Shown here: piece after piece, positions 12,301 to 24,432 of the stretch
Numbering within the stretch: the stretch's first letter is position 1
How the letters are laid out: every line of letters begins with the position of its first letter
Assembly (NCBI GenBank): GCA_051362555.1
Contig: CM120642.1
Span: forward strand, 5,456,001 to 5,520,000
From: Lingula anatina
Lineage: Eukaryota > Animalia > Brachiopoda
Direction of reading: 5' to 3'
DNA: 64,000 nt
The notes under the pieces: generated by a model
The model's input: the letters and a program-made list of their open reading frames with translations, nothing else
The model's database searches: none
Told to the model about the DNA's origin: nothing
Translations under genes and position numbers: made by a program

Positions 12301-14525
12301 AAGCTAGCTCTTAAAATTAATGTCAGTTTTGAACTTTTCACATTTTACCTTTAAGAAATGTCCTTACAAACATGGATACTAAGAAAAAAAACTAAATAAT
12401 TATTTCACTGAATTTATATTCTGATGCAATGTTTGTAATGAATTTGATTACAGATGGTGTTACAGATGAACTAAAACAAAAATGTATGCCATGTAAGGCA
12501 GGATATGTGACAGATGGCCGAGCCAGTCAATTCTGCAGACAATCAAACTGCCAGGCACCAGGTGTCGCTGCCTGCCAAGGACAGTCTTGTACAGAAGGCA
12601 GATCGTCTGCTGGTTCAAGCTTTGTGGTGATGTTTCCAGAGACGTTGTCACCCAATGCCACACTGAAGTTGTTCTTCAGTGCAGATCCTTCAGAGTCGGT
12701 TTCTGTTACCGTTACCTCTCCAGGGTATTTTGTTATCTCTTTGACTCTCTCTCTAGCTAGCTCTGTTAAAGCTTGACTTTTTCTCTCCCTTTTTGCCTAC
12801 CTCCCTTTCTTCTTCCTTAGTAATAGTAATGCCAAATAAAGTTCAATCAAAAGTGAAATTTTTTTAACCATATATTTTTTTCATTATCCCAACTACAATT
12901 TGATTTTGTAAAGACCATTTCTTAAGTTGATTTTACTTTTGAACAGCAATTAGATTAACATGAGATATTATATAAATGATGATGCTTTCTCTTCAGATGG
13001 TCAAGTCCTGCCATATCTGAGACAGTCACAGTGTCATCAACGGGCACCACAAATGTGGTAATTCCCAGAGAGCTGATGATGACGGGAACATCTAAGAGCT
13101 CAACAGGGTTGCTTATTAGCTCTTCAGCACAGATCTCTGTGCATGGTAGGTGACGATTTGTGACTGGACTATAAGAGAGAGAGAGAGAGAGAGAGAATGA
13201 ATAAGAAATTGAATCTTTGGAAATTAGATGTACATTTATAACAGGATGACTGTTGACAAAATCCGAAGTTAACTGTAGTACAAATAAAGAAGTTACAACT
13301 TTATACACACAGGTTAATATAACAAAAACAGATCATGATGAAAAATAGCCATGATCTGGATTATATCATATTATTTCAGGAGTGCTATCAAGCAGTGGAG
13401 ATGGTCAGGGAGACTGGTTTCAGGTGCTGCCCACAGCCTCCCTGGGTCTGGAGCATTACGCTACCTGCTGGACACCAGGCCCTGGGGATAAGACACTGAT
13501 TGGTCAGTATACATGGTCATGACCATATGAATGGACAATGGTTTCTACAACTGTGCTAGCCAGGGTCCAGTACCATTAATTTTTTTTTTAGTTTTACTAA
13601 TACAGGATTTATTATTCATTGATTTGGCTTGTCTAGTTACATTTTAAATGGCTTTGTAAAAGAAAAAAAAAGCTTGTCCAAGAATTTCTGTGTTGGATAG
13701 TGTTTTGTAGTATTATCAGTTTTAGCATTTATGTTTTTATTTGCATTTTAGAACTTTTTATCTTATGTCACTAAATTGAAGGTGGATTCTTTATTTTGAC
13801 TTGACTCTACGTAAATATATCTTTGTTGAAATTTCGAAACATTGATATTGAACTGAATTAGAAATCGGAGACCATTTTCCCTTGAAATAGCCTTATAACA
13901 AAGTGAGGTAATGTAGTTTTTTGATTTATACATAAACTTTTCTATTTTCCAGGCATTGTTGCCACTGCAGACAACACTCTGTTGGTCATAACTCTGACAG
14001 CTGCGGTCACTTTAGATGGTCAAGATTACATGGATGGACAAAAGATCATTGTGACTCTGAACCAGCATGAAACACTTCAACTCCAGAGTGATGGAGACTT
14101 GACAGGAAGCCATATTTCTGCCGATAAACTCGTGGCTGTATTTAGTGGCAATATGGCGCTGAATGTGACTGCTGGGCAGAATCAGAACCAGACGGGCACA
14201 TCTGTTGAACCAATGCTGCCTGTGGCAACATGGGGGACTGTGTTTGCCAAGGTAAATGAGGGAGACATGGTCACTTTATGGCATACAGTGTCTGTTAGAC
14301 ATTAATATATACTAGCAAAAAAAAAAAGAATCTTGGAAGTTTCAAAACTTTTCCCTTGATCAATAAGGTACCCATTATCCAAAACTGTTGGCAGAATGTT
14401 ACTCTCTAGTTTGGGTTTTTGATATTTGGGTCACTATTGTAATGAAGATGGAGTTTGGTGAATTTCAATTGTGGAGAAAATGATGAAAATTATTTAAATA
14501 TCCTGGATTTTTAAAAATTATTTTA

Positions 14526-14559
<34 letters not shown>

Positions 14560-15789
14560 GGTGTATGAAGGTCTTAAATATGTTATGCACCTTATAAAAA
14601 ATAATAAAGTACAGGTAATATAGCTATGATTTTAATGTAAATTAACCATGACTTAATGTTGCTGTATGGCATTAATGCATCAAGTTTTCAAATTTTGGTA
14701 TGGAAATTTGAAACTTCTGGCCTCATTTCAGCCCAGTGTACCAACAGGTCGAGTGGATTTTGTTTTGATCATGTCCAGCTTGGAGCACACAGTTCTGACC
14801 ATGAAAGATGGACGTACAATGAAATTGGTCAAAAGAGGGCAAAAAATCATCATGGAACATGTGAGTGGTGAAAGTGAATTCTACATTACGGCTTCAAAAC
14901 CTGTTCAGGCAGTGGCATTTATAAGTGGTGGGGATGTGGCTCCTCCTGCAATGCTTCTACTGCCACCTTTTGACCAGGGTGGAAATCATTTCTCAATGTG
15001 AGTATATGCTGTCTGGTTGAGGTTTGCTTCCTTTATGTGTGCTTATTAATTCAAATAATTAAGAGATGGATGCAGTTACAAAATGTACTATATATAGCCA
15101 TTCACTTGCAGCACCTGATATAATTAACCTTAAATTGGAATGGGCACCATGCACTTGATACCGGTACCTTGTATTAATGCTTAGAAGCTGTTATTTATAC
15201 AGCACATGTGCAAAGTAACATATATTTTACAGTTATTGACTTTGGCCCACAGCTTTAAAACAGCACATACTTACTGAAAGGTTATGTTAACTTTTTATTA
15301 AAATATGTATGTGCATGAAGATCAGTGTCCACCAAGATAGCAGAAGCTGCAACATCACTAGTTGTCATTCCCTGCTGTTGTCATCTGATCGATGATATGT
15401 TTCGTGTACTATAGTTAGTCAAAAGGCATTTATTATGTCATAGGTCAATATTGGGTTTTGTCAGACCTTTGCCATTCCCAGATATAAGGTTATATTCTAT
15501 GCTAATTAATATAATTATGATCATCAGTGATGTCTACATGATAAGTAAAGGTAACAGTAAGGTTGATTGCAACCTTGTTTGGGGAACTTCTTTATATCAT
15601 GCACTAAAGATGAATTTTTTTACAGTCCTTTTTATTTCAAAAAGCAATGATTTAATGATTTTATTTTCCCTTCACAAGTAATTGCTCAGCTGGCCATTTC
15701 TCGCAAATCTACAAGACCCACAAGCAGTTATACATGTACAAATTGAACACATGGTATTTGCTGGAGTTTAATAGAATAACAGTTTATTA

Positions 15790-15827
<38 letters not shown>

Positions 15828-16953
15828 ATAAATTTTTGGTGTTTTGCAGAGGTTTGCCATCCACCAGTAGAATAACTGTATTGGTTGATCCTTGCCAAGC
15901 CAGTGGGATGCGCATCAATGGGCACAGCCTCCCCCCAGACACTCTAGCGACTCCCTTCCCCTCAGCACAAAATGCCACAATGGTTGCCCTTACTTTTTAT
16001 GCCCATGCAGGTCTTTTTACATTATCTCATGCGGGCGGCCATGGGTTTGTTGCGCAGGCTCACCATGATGAGATTGTGGGGGCTTTCTCCATTGGGGTGC
16101 TCTTAAATGTCAGGAACTCTGTGAGTGTGCTTGCTACGAGATTTTATTCTAAGGCTCTGTACAAGCCAGATGATCTCATTTTGGTCAATTAGCAAAATGT
16201 TTACCCGCAAAAGTATAAGCAAATTTGGAACAAGTTAAAGATTGTCTTTTTATCATTATTTTTAATCAAACTGAAAAAACTTTGGTCACTGGCAATTGAT
16301 ATGAGCAAACTACAATGTAAACAAAAGGAAAATAATTATGTGCAGTTTCAAATATACTGTAAGTGATAAAAAATTATGTGTAACTTAACCATTGATCATG
16401 ATAATTTGTTTCAGTTTAGATGTTTCTGTTATTTCATGTACTAGTACTGTGTTGCATTACAATATCAATACAATACATTGCTTCACTTATTTTATTATTG
16501 TTTTAACATTAATCAAATTTTTGAGATAAATTAACTGTATGAACTTAGAAATAAAGGCAAAGTAACAGTTTTGCATTGAATTTGATGGTAACAAAATATT
16601 ATTACTGAAAAACTTAGCATACTTAGTATGCATATGTACTCTTCAGTGTAAGATTTCCGTCGTACTTCTAGGTAACAAGAAGAACCTTCCAAAAGCCACA
16701 CAGATTTGGCACAGGTTATGCCATTAGCGACAACAGTAAGATTCTCGAGACAAAGTCAGTGCGTCACCTGATCGTGTGCCTTAACCTCTGTATGGAGGAT
16801 CCCACGTGTCATAGCGTGGTGCATGCTTTTGCAGGTGCAAACAAGGGTCAGTGTGAACTGGTCGCACATAATGTTGCTGATCTTGCAGACGCAGTGTTTA
16901 CACAAACGGATGTCCACGAGATTTATCAAGACGTAGTTATAGTAACTGTGTAA
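398..16953 (+). CDS. Multi-exon mosaic extracellular protein (CTLD / SUEL / Cys-rich / resistin-like x3 / PAN x5 / GCC2-type repeats / IgGFc-binding N-terminal domain), 5'-partial
   Basis: 27 exons with AG acceptors, GT donors (one GC) and mutually consistent phases: 398-557, 866-969, 1306-1439, 1623-1782, 3698-3868, 4277-4372, 4709-4783, 5194-5343, 5730-5807, 6204-6353, 6841-6953, 7230-7368, 7862-7991, 8342-8472, 9006-9068, 9936-10091, 10420-10536, 10905-11153, 11385-11534, 11777-11947, 12454-12724, 12997-13145, 13380-13502, 13953-14251, 14732-14997, 15850-16120, 16672-16953. Total 4358 nt, one open frame ending TAA at 16953. No transmembrane segment in this part. Confidence 0.88.
1306..1782 (+). 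CDS. SUEL / rhamnose-galactose-binding lectin domain (2 exons)
   Basis: TCENNMAELDC...VSYANFGR...C...VVDTCNGIQKCSVNASGDIF...DTCGGATRYLEIHYNC; matches the ANYGR and DPCxGTxKYL motifs of the SUEL family. Confidence 0.92.
1918..3577 (+). mobile_element. HINE/DINE-1-like non-autonomous element, family A (intronic copy)
   Basis: 5' hairpin TATGTACAGACAC-agat-GTGTCTGTACATA, (CGT/CGC)n microsatellite, about 160-bp internal repeats, 3' subTIR TGTCTGTACAT plus small stem-loop ending CTTGTT, T-rich target; second copy at 24433-28185. Confidence 0.8.
3698..3868 (+). CDS. Unnamed Cys-rich module exon
   Basis: Phase 1-1 exon ASVYSSYIVSPTGCQCYFNHSRYDCACCAAGSCQCGPSMPHKCVTCGGSCSNTLHDH, with clean splice sites. 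Confidence 0.8.
4277..4372 (+). CDS. C-type lectin domain, C-terminal part
   Basis: GESTCVVMSAAGDYNWYDDSCQRTDLFHVCKQ = the ExCV...W(N/Y)DxxC...FxCK end of a CTLD. Confidence 0.9.
4709..6353 (+). CDS. Two tandem resistin/RELM-like Cys-rich domains (4 exons)
   Basis: LQCTNVIASGSNTATCPE|DAPNAVACHCSCSNF...CDCSLCGTQTETLARCC and MQCKDL...TCPA|DEYPTMTQCACGYCGPWWMSGNNTCSC...DWVTGQCC; Cys spacing and the DW/ARCC ending resemble the resistin head domain. Confidence 0.72.
6658..6744. repeat. (CA)n microsatellite
   Basis: Directly visible. Confidence 0.98.
6841..8472 (+). CDS. Two PAN/apple domains (4 exons)
   Basis: TLTECLQHCENQVGCRSLNW...CILS...YDLYER and TVDTCLLLCLENPDCKSVDY...CWLNSE...YDYYE; C-x3-C-x5-C-x-S-x2-Y...C-x-L pattern. 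Confidence 0.88.
9006..11534 (+). CDS. Third resistin-like domain (exons 9006-9068 and 11385-11534) split by two PAN domains (exons 9936-10091, 10420-10536, 10905-11153)
   Basis: DPQLSCNEVTETGNYAYCGMI ... ASITSCSCSHGCRSL...RCYCHGNERATSRCC flank PAN exons INDCLQLCHDNSNCKTID...CDLS and VAECMALCYNNAYCRGFDY...CTLK...WDHYE. Confidence 0.75.
9062..9305 (+). repeat. About 60-bp tandem repeat (3 copies plus a diverged fourth) beginning at an exon donor site
   Basis: ATGATAGGTA(A)GGTCATCACTTACGACCAGCTATATATT... at 9062, 9123, 9183 and about 9274. Confidence 0.9.
9305..9397. repeat. (TA)n microsatellite
   Basis: Directly visible. Confidence 0.97.
11777..12560 (+). CDS. GCC2/GCC3 (ephrin-receptor-like, TNFR-type) Cys repeats
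   Basis: CPPGTYSPTG...CTPCPLGTYSSDRGSTECKVCPTGHISNQTGQMTCVLCP...CMPCKAGY. Confidence 0.88.
12595..16120 (+). CDS. IgGFc-binding protein N-terminal domain region
   Basis: GSSFVVMFPE...QVLPTASLGLEHY...GIVATADNT...TLNQHETLQLQSDGDLTGSHISADKLVAVFSGN...VEPMLPVATWGTVF...ITASKPVQAV...PAMLLLPPFDQ; hallmark motifs of the FCGBP N-terminal domain. Confidence 0.9.
16672..16953 (+). CDS. Terminal exon, C-terminal PAN/apple domain
   Basis: VTRRTFQK...SVRHLIVCLNLCMEDPTCHSVV...GQCEL...stop; phase-0 acceptor at 16670-16671. Confidence 0.8.
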   Translation, partial: VTRRTFQKPHRFGTGYAISDNSKILETKSVRHLIVCLNLCMEDPTCHSVVHAFAGANKGQCELVAHNVADLADAVFTQTDVHEIYQDVVIVTV

Positions 16954-17075
16954 CATAATCTACAGCATGGAATTACCTAATGCCCAACAGAATGGGTAGT
17001 CTGGTATAAAAACTTGTAGTAGTTTCGACTGTCTGAGAATTTTAAGAATTGAGTGATATTGACTTGCAAGTCCAA

Positions 17076-17081
17076 AATAAA
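17076..17081 (+). promoter_or_regulatory. Candidate polyadenylation signal
   Basis: AATAAA about 120 nt after the stop codon; weak evidence in AT-rich DNA. Confidence 0.4.
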
Positions 17082-17504
17082 TTGCATCCCCCCCCCCCCC
17101 GCACATCAGAATCATTTAATTAACATTGATTTGATATAGACAAATCTTAATGTATTTATTTATTTTTTGGAAAATTGACAAAAAACAAGCGAATGTTATG
17201 CTTATGTTCAATCTATATTTTATTACTACTGTTATTGTTATCATGTGATGTGCATTTATTATTATTGTTGTTATTGTTATTTATTTATTTGATTATTATT
17301 TTTAAAACTATTTTGGTGTGTGTGTGTATGTGTGTGCCTAAAGATGGAGCTATGGAAGTGCCATATTAAATGAGTGAGAAACTGTACATATCAATAACAT
17401 ACTTGATCTGTTGTTTTATATTTTGAACAAAGTTCAGTATGCGTTGTTGTATTGGCACCAACCCCAAAAATTACATATTTTAAAATTTATTTATATTTAT
17501 TTTG

Positions 17505-17790
17505 TTATTGTACCACCAGCGTTAGTGCTGGCGGTACACATGGTTTTAGTCCCGTCCGGATCGTTCCGCCGGCTCCGCCGGACGGCTACCGTTACCGCTT
17601 CTCCTCCTAGACGGTAAGGGCCCCCATACCCATCTCTTGGATTTAGGTCACCTATAATCTCAACTCGTTCCACGTAAAATTTGGGCTTTGTCGGTTTTGG
17701 GGTCTAGGTGTGGCACTCATTGCAATGCACCCTTGTCTAAAAATGGCTAAATTAAATGCTAATTATCTACCCTATTATTTGCCCTGTTAT
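17505..17790 (+). mobile_element. HINE-like family B, truncated 5' fragment
   Basis: Nearly identical to 61701-61980 (TTATTGTACCACCAGC hairpin, CCGCCGGCT repeats), then internally deleted and cut off by Tc1 sequence. Confidence 0.85.
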
Positions 17791-18798
17791 ATTCCTCTTT
17801 CAAACGGCTCCAGGTTCTGCTGGAAAATGTCTCTGTATCTGGCAGCGTTAAGGTTTTCATCCAAAGGAGACAATGGGCAAATACCGCTGCTGCAAATGGC
17901 ACCCCAAACATGTACAGAACCACCTCCTCCAGCTATTGTTTCCTGAATATTTTCAGTTAATAGCCTCTCCCCAGGGAGCCTACGCACTTTCATAGCTAGA
18001 GGAGGTGGTTCTGTACATGTTTGGGGTGCCCTTTGCAGCAACGGTATTTGCCCATTGCTTACTCTGGACGAAAACCTTAACGCTGCCAGATACAGAGACA
18101 TTCTCAAGCAGAACCTGGAGCCGTTCGGAAGAGGGATATACAGAGACAATTTTAGATTGCAACATGAAAACCCAACACCCCGCAAAGCCCGCTTAATTGC
18201 AGTCTATATCCGACAAAACAACATTCAGCTGATGCCACAGCCAGCAAAAAGCCCAGATGCAAACCCAATTGAGCACATGTGGGACGAACTTGGTTGTGCT
18301 ATTCAGAGGAGAAACCCTCCCCCTGCAAAACTAGATGAACGGCGAGATGCCCTTTAAGATGAATGGACCAGAATTCCTTTCCAAAAAGCTGTTACTCTAG
18401 TTCACAGTATGCCACGCCGTCTGGCGGCCATTATCCAAGCTCGGGGTGGGCATACCCGCTATTTAGATTAATAATGAACTCTGAAGATGTTTCTTGACAA
18501 TTTCTCCTAATTTCATATTAATTGTCAATCACAGTATAAATTTTTGTTTATTTTTTCCCTTGGTACTGTTATGTTAAAAATGTACTCTTTTGGGGGGCAT
18601 GAGAAAAAAAAAACCTAAATAAATTAATCCTTTTTTCACATTTGCATTGTTTGTTTCTCCTTGACTTTACCAATCCTCCAGCTTCACATATTTAACAATA
18701 TAAACAGTATTAATTTGATAACATTAATAATAATGAAAGAAACAGGGCGATATGCATACCAAAATTTCCGTGTACCAACCATTTTGGGCAAGAGTGTA
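17787..18798 (+). mobile_element. Tc1/mariner relic with inverted partial duplication
   Basis: GGGSVHVWG...LNAARYRDIL...QHEN(P)...PAKSPDANPIEHMWDEL...*DEW...SMPRRLAAIIQARGGHTRY, with internal stop at 18355-18357. Right terminus ...GGGCAAGAGTG-TA at 18796-18798. Minus-strand copy of part of the transposase at 17787-17985. Confidence 0.9.
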
Positions 18799-20036
18799 TA
18801 ACCCCTCTATCCTAATCGTTTTAACAATAATAACAATGTAGCAAATTGTTGCCTGTATTAAATGTTATGGCCTTAGGGATAAAAATTACATATCAAATAT
18901 TCAATAAGACTCATCATCCTAAAAATTATGATGCGACGAGTCAGCAAAAGTTATTATTTACCAACAATTTTGCACAAATTTCATTTGCAAAGAGGCCATA
19001 ACCTTGACTGGTGCAAGTAAATGAAAAGAAGATACCTGCTTTCAATTAATTAATATATTTTTATTACAATGTGTGAAATATATTAACTATTAATTTTCAG
19101 TGTGGTATTCAACATATTTTTATTGTTCTGTCATTGATTTGCAGTGAAACTGACAAGTTGGAAATTGATAAAGAGGGGGTGTTATCAAAGTGACCAAATT
19201 TTCTTTCAAATGATCGCATTGCTGGTACATGGGATAGGCCTGCAGCAGTTACTGGATCAATGAAGATACAGTATTTTATAACTGAATAAAATATATTTTT
19301 ATTCTAGGTTTCTTGTTTCAATTTTTCTTATTAATGAGAAAAAAGGGGAAATACACCATCAAACTGAAATTTTCCTAATTGTTACTAACAGTTTTTAATG
19401 CTTTTCCCAAAACACCAAATGGCTTCACTTTTCCCATCCATTAAGGGTAATATATATGCTAGACAATGAAGAAGAAGACCAATATGGATTTTTGTTACAA
19501 ATCCATCCTGTTGATATGTTTTATATAAGACTGATACACTGATAAATCTGTGTTATATATTTATGATGTTAAGTACTTGTCAAATACAGCAAATTTTCAC
19601 CATGCCTGTCTCTAAGAGTAATATAAATGGTTTCTCATTTTTCAATTTCAATATTTAATATAATATATAGAACTTAATAACATTTTCATGGGCTGTCAAA
19701 CTTGATTTAAAAAAGAAATAGACATGCTACAAAGAGCTCATGTAAATTAGTCCACAGCTTGTACAAGTTCAGAGAGGCAACGACGTCTGTTAAGATACTT
19801 CATAGTATATTACCACTTCATGGGATAAGAGTTACTACTTCATGATAGAAGGCGACTTCATTGGTTAAAAAATAAGGACCCTTAGGAGACTTCATAGTAT
19901 ATTACCACTTCATGGGACATTGTATCCAAACATATGTTTCAGTTCTGGTTGGATGTGGAAATAAGGCGTAATAGAGGTCGTTATGATGCTTCATTCTAGA
20001 CCATGATTTCGAGAGTGACGTGTGTATTTGCAATGT

Positions 20037-20067
<31 letters not shown>

Positions 20068-20856
20068 GGGGAGTAACATTACTCGCATGATAGTGCGTAT
20101 TTTATCTCGTTGGAGTTTAATGAAGCTGTTATTTTCAGATGTTCTCGTAGATACCCGTGAGATTAACTTCTATAAATAATGTACTTTATTTCAAGAGCTA
20201 AGACAGGTTTTTTGTTTCATACGCTCCATATTCTACATGACTTGTCTCGCACAATAAGGTGCTGGCAATAGATTCGCACGCTACATCCGCACGCTACTTG
20301 GACCTGCTTGCCGATGCGGATCCAGGTTCAAATAACTGCTTTTATCTTTGCACGCACAGTATCAATCACTGTTTTTATCTTCGCACGCACAGTATCTTGA
20401 TCGCCTACATCCATATGCGAATTTTGATGCACGTTTGTCAATTTCTACATGGACCATATTGTATTCGCACGCAATTTGACTGCAAGTTGGGTCCATATTT
20501 CGCTCGCTACGTGATGACAGCCATCCCTACTATAAATATTTCAATTCAGCCCACATATACGATACTTGCCACACTCATGGATGGACGCTCCGCATGCTAT
20601 TGGCCCTATTACTTCCTATCGCTGGCTGCTAAATTTCGGGCTTGCCATATTCGCACGCTAATTCGCCCAGGTTTAACATATATATGGGTATTTACATATA
20701 TATATATAATTTTTTTTGCATGATTTTCTTTCGCACGCTCTGGGCAAAATTTTTTACAATTCTGCACCTACCCATGTTGCCTTAGGTGCATCGCCGCTGA
20801 TACGCGCACACACTGGCCTACGCCGTGTTCCGTTTTACCCACGCTGGGCTTACAAA

Positions 20857-21870
20857 TAGAGCCGCAATTTTGCAAATGAACGTACTTTGCAACTGCAACG
20901 CATTTTGCAACCAAAGAAAATCGTGAAAACGAAGTTTTCAACCGGAACGCATTTTGAAACCAGAATTTTTTCTTAGTCAATAAAAAGTGTGAATTTCTAT
21001 AGAGGTAGAATTGGAATGAGGGCGGGGTTGTCTCGGCTAGGTACGCTTACATTGGTCAAGCTTTCCCTGGGGTGGACAATTTATTATATACATGCATTAT
21101 CTATTTCACATTGTTACTTCCTAAACCATCATAGTTAGGAACTTGATACGTCGGGGATTAATAAACCTATCATTACAGGGATTTGCAAAGGCTCTTCGGA
21201 ATTTAATTGTGACTTGGGGTGTGGTCGACCCTGGGGGTGGTCTATTCTAATTTTACATCGTTTTTATATTAGGAACATGAAACGTGGCTACAAATAAGGT
21301 CAGGGAATCCAATTTAAAACTAATTCAAGGCCCCACACACTCGATCAGGAATCCTAGCGTTTAACTGCTGTTGTGTCTTAACACAAAACAAAATGTTAAT
21401 TACCCAAGAGAAGCAATTAACATGTGTGTTTTATGTTAAAGAACAATGGGACTTGGACCCTAGGATTTCTGAGAGTATGGGGTCTTGAATGGGTTTTAAT
21501 TAACTTGAACTATATTCAAGAATACGACTGAAGGTCTTTTATTAAGTTCTGTCTGCTGCTTTCTCTACATTTCCCCTTCCTAACTCGAAGACCGCCTTCA
21601 GATTCACACATAATGCTAGCTGGGTCGGTCCAATCTACAAGGAATCTGACTTAAGTGCAATCTATGGAATCAGCTTCATTGCCTGACAAACCACTAATCA
21701 CTCCACCCCCTAGGGACGGCCACACCCCAAGTCACACTAAAATTCCCATGCAGCCCATTCATGCACCAAAGACTCATGTTCCTAATTCGATTGGTCTAGG
21801 GGGAGATGAAATAAATTACGGTAATACTGTATATTAGTCAACCATCCCCAGGGACAGTCACACCCCAGGT

Positions 21871-21925
<55 letters not shown>

Positions 21926-22401
21926 GTGCCCACGCACACCCCGACATTTTAGTTTCCTCAACCTAAAGACCTATGGGTATATAGCAGAAAATACAATTTA
22001 AAGAAGATAATAATCAACCAACCCTAGGGACGGCAAACCCATAGTCACCAAAATCCGAAGGACACGTGCACATCCCTAATGGCAAGTTAAAATATCCCCA
22101 ACGTCTCATGTTCCTCACTTTAATGGACAGAGGATAACAGTAACAACGATATAAAAATGTATACCTCCCCCCCCCCCAAAGGACTGCAAAGTCACATTAC
22201 TAAAGATCTACGGGTAGATAGCAGAAATTACGATGTAAAAATTACAATCAACCACCCTATGGGACAACCACACCCCGTACTTCCAACCGTTTCAGGGACT
22301 TAAAAAAAAGCCTGGTTGAAAAATGCATTGAAATTGCAAAACTCGTTTCACGATTTTCTGTGGGTGCAAAATGCGTTGCAGTTGCAAAATGCGGCTCTAC
22401 A
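20857..22401. mobile_element. Non-autonomous TIR DNA element (MITE-like)
   Basis: About 100-bp imperfect inverted repeats TAGAGCCGCA..TTTGCAACTGCAACGCATTTTGCA / TGCAAAATGCGTTGCAGTTGCAAAATGCGGCTCTA; internal CCCTAGGGACGGCCACACCCC motifs in both orientations; poly(A) at about 21880-21924. Confidence 0.7.
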
Positions 22402-24432
22402 ACTGTCATTATGATTGTGAATGGGCCCTTAAAGGACAATATTCATATAAAAATCCATTTCTCGAATTCTGAAGATCCAGCACTTAATCTATACGCTACA
22501 GTTATGTTTTAATCGATCCCCGTCATTTAAAAATTATAAAAACAATCTATTAGTAGACAAAAAGCGTTTTAGTAAACCTCACCTCAATATGCATAAACGA
22601 AGCAACAGATCTGGGTCACGTGGTACTGTGACGACAATCACGATAAAGGTCTATGAGACTCAACTGAGGTGCATGGTGCATACAGACGGAGAAGTTAAGG
22701 AAAGTTGTGTTGAACGGAGTTGAGGAATTTTCGTTATGCCTCGGTGTGTTGCCGTGGGATTCACCCAAATTGCAGGTCTCGTTGACAATCTTTCTTTGTC
22801 TGTGACGGTCTTCCGTGACTTACTAACTTCGGTGACAATAGTTGCGATGCTCTAGATCATGGTCACCTCAAGTGGTTTAGATCATATCAAGAGCTGGTAG
22901 TCTTTCAGCTTAACTGTCATCAGTTGGCAAACTTACTGATTGCTGATGCATTTTAAATGCATTGTAGTTGACCAAAAGCTCGTTTACAACAAACCTGTTA
23001 ATTATGCACCGCTGCACTTCCCAACCCAGGTAATAACAGGTATCAAAATCGTCTTGGTGGGCTTTCGTATTTTTTAAAATATCTCATTTATTTCATGGGG
23101 TGATTTTATTGGTATTTGTAAATGACGTTTAATATCAATATTTAAACAATTGAGTTCAAACACCGTCGCGAACATTAATAAAAGTAATTGCTCTTAGGGT
23201 AACTTGAAGCATGCGTATGCCCAGGCATTACTTCCGTGGAAGAAAACGTGTTGAAGAACAAACAGAAAAAAGAGCGGTATATTAAAGAAAAAATAGGAAC
23301 TTATGTACTAAAATGGTTCGTAATCCTAATTCGTTTATGCTTTGAGGATTTGTTTCTGAATGTTATTTCATCTGAAGTATAAAATAATTTAAAAGACTTA
23401 TCATTTTATACCTTGAAATACAAGTTCTGCGTCTGTACACAAAACTTTTTGCAAATTTGTATGCTTTGTCAAACCCAAAAACATGTAGCAGATCAAGGTA
23501 AAAGAGCATTGTTTGCTATAAGTAGCATGGGAAAAATCATTACTTGAATGTTTACTAAATGTGCAGTTTTACATACGTGAGTATAAAAAATTAAAAAATT
23601 CCAAGCACGCACAGCAAAATGTAGACTAACGCAAAACATCAAGAACAGCGTAATCTCAGCAAATGTGCCCCATATAGTAGCTTAATTTCCATTAATAATA
23701 AAATAATCATTTAAGTCAAAAAATTTCTGTCGATTTAATAAATGTTCTAATTTATCCAGAACGGTATATTTATTTAAGAGGAGGCTAACTGGAATATAGT
23801 TTTATTGTACCACATGGCGGTACACATGGTTTTAGTCCCGTCCGGTTCGTTCCCCCGTCTCCGCCGGCTCCGCCGCCGCCGGCTCCGCCGCCATGTCATC
23901 GTTACCGCTTCTCCTCCTAGACTACAAGGGCCTGCGTACCCATCTCTTGGATTTAGGTCACCTATAATCTCAACTCGTTCCACGTAAAATTTGGGCTTTG
24001 TCGGTATTGGGGTCTAGGTGTGACACTCATTGCAATGCACCCTTGTCTAAAATGGCAAAATTAAATGCTAATTATCTACCCTACGGAAGGAATTATGGGA
24101 AAAATTTCTACAGACGGCTTTCCAAAAGTCATATGTGTAGATTTCAAATATGCCCTTGGATTTGACCTTTGACCTTTTTTTCAAGGTCAAATGGGCCAAA
24201 ATTTTCAAAAAAAAAAAAAAAATTTTTTTCGAAAAAAAAATTATTTGCCCTGTTATTCAGACACCACACAGACATAACCAATAATATTATTGGAAAGTGT
24301 TACCCTTCAGGTCACCTTTCATCTCCGTGAATTTGGGGTCAATCGGTGCATTTTCACGGGCGTAGTGGCCATAAGATACCGAAACTGAAAACTGTCTCTA
24401 ATTCGGGAACCGTTAATGCTAGAGACCCATTC

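Noticed and set aside
16647-16727. Alternative acceptor for the last exon at 16647
   Set aside because: Leads to a stop before the PAN domain; acceptor 16672 keeps the frame.
20259-20723. 154-aa ORF
   Set aside because: Non-ATG start, no domain, overlaps a repeated DNA motif array.
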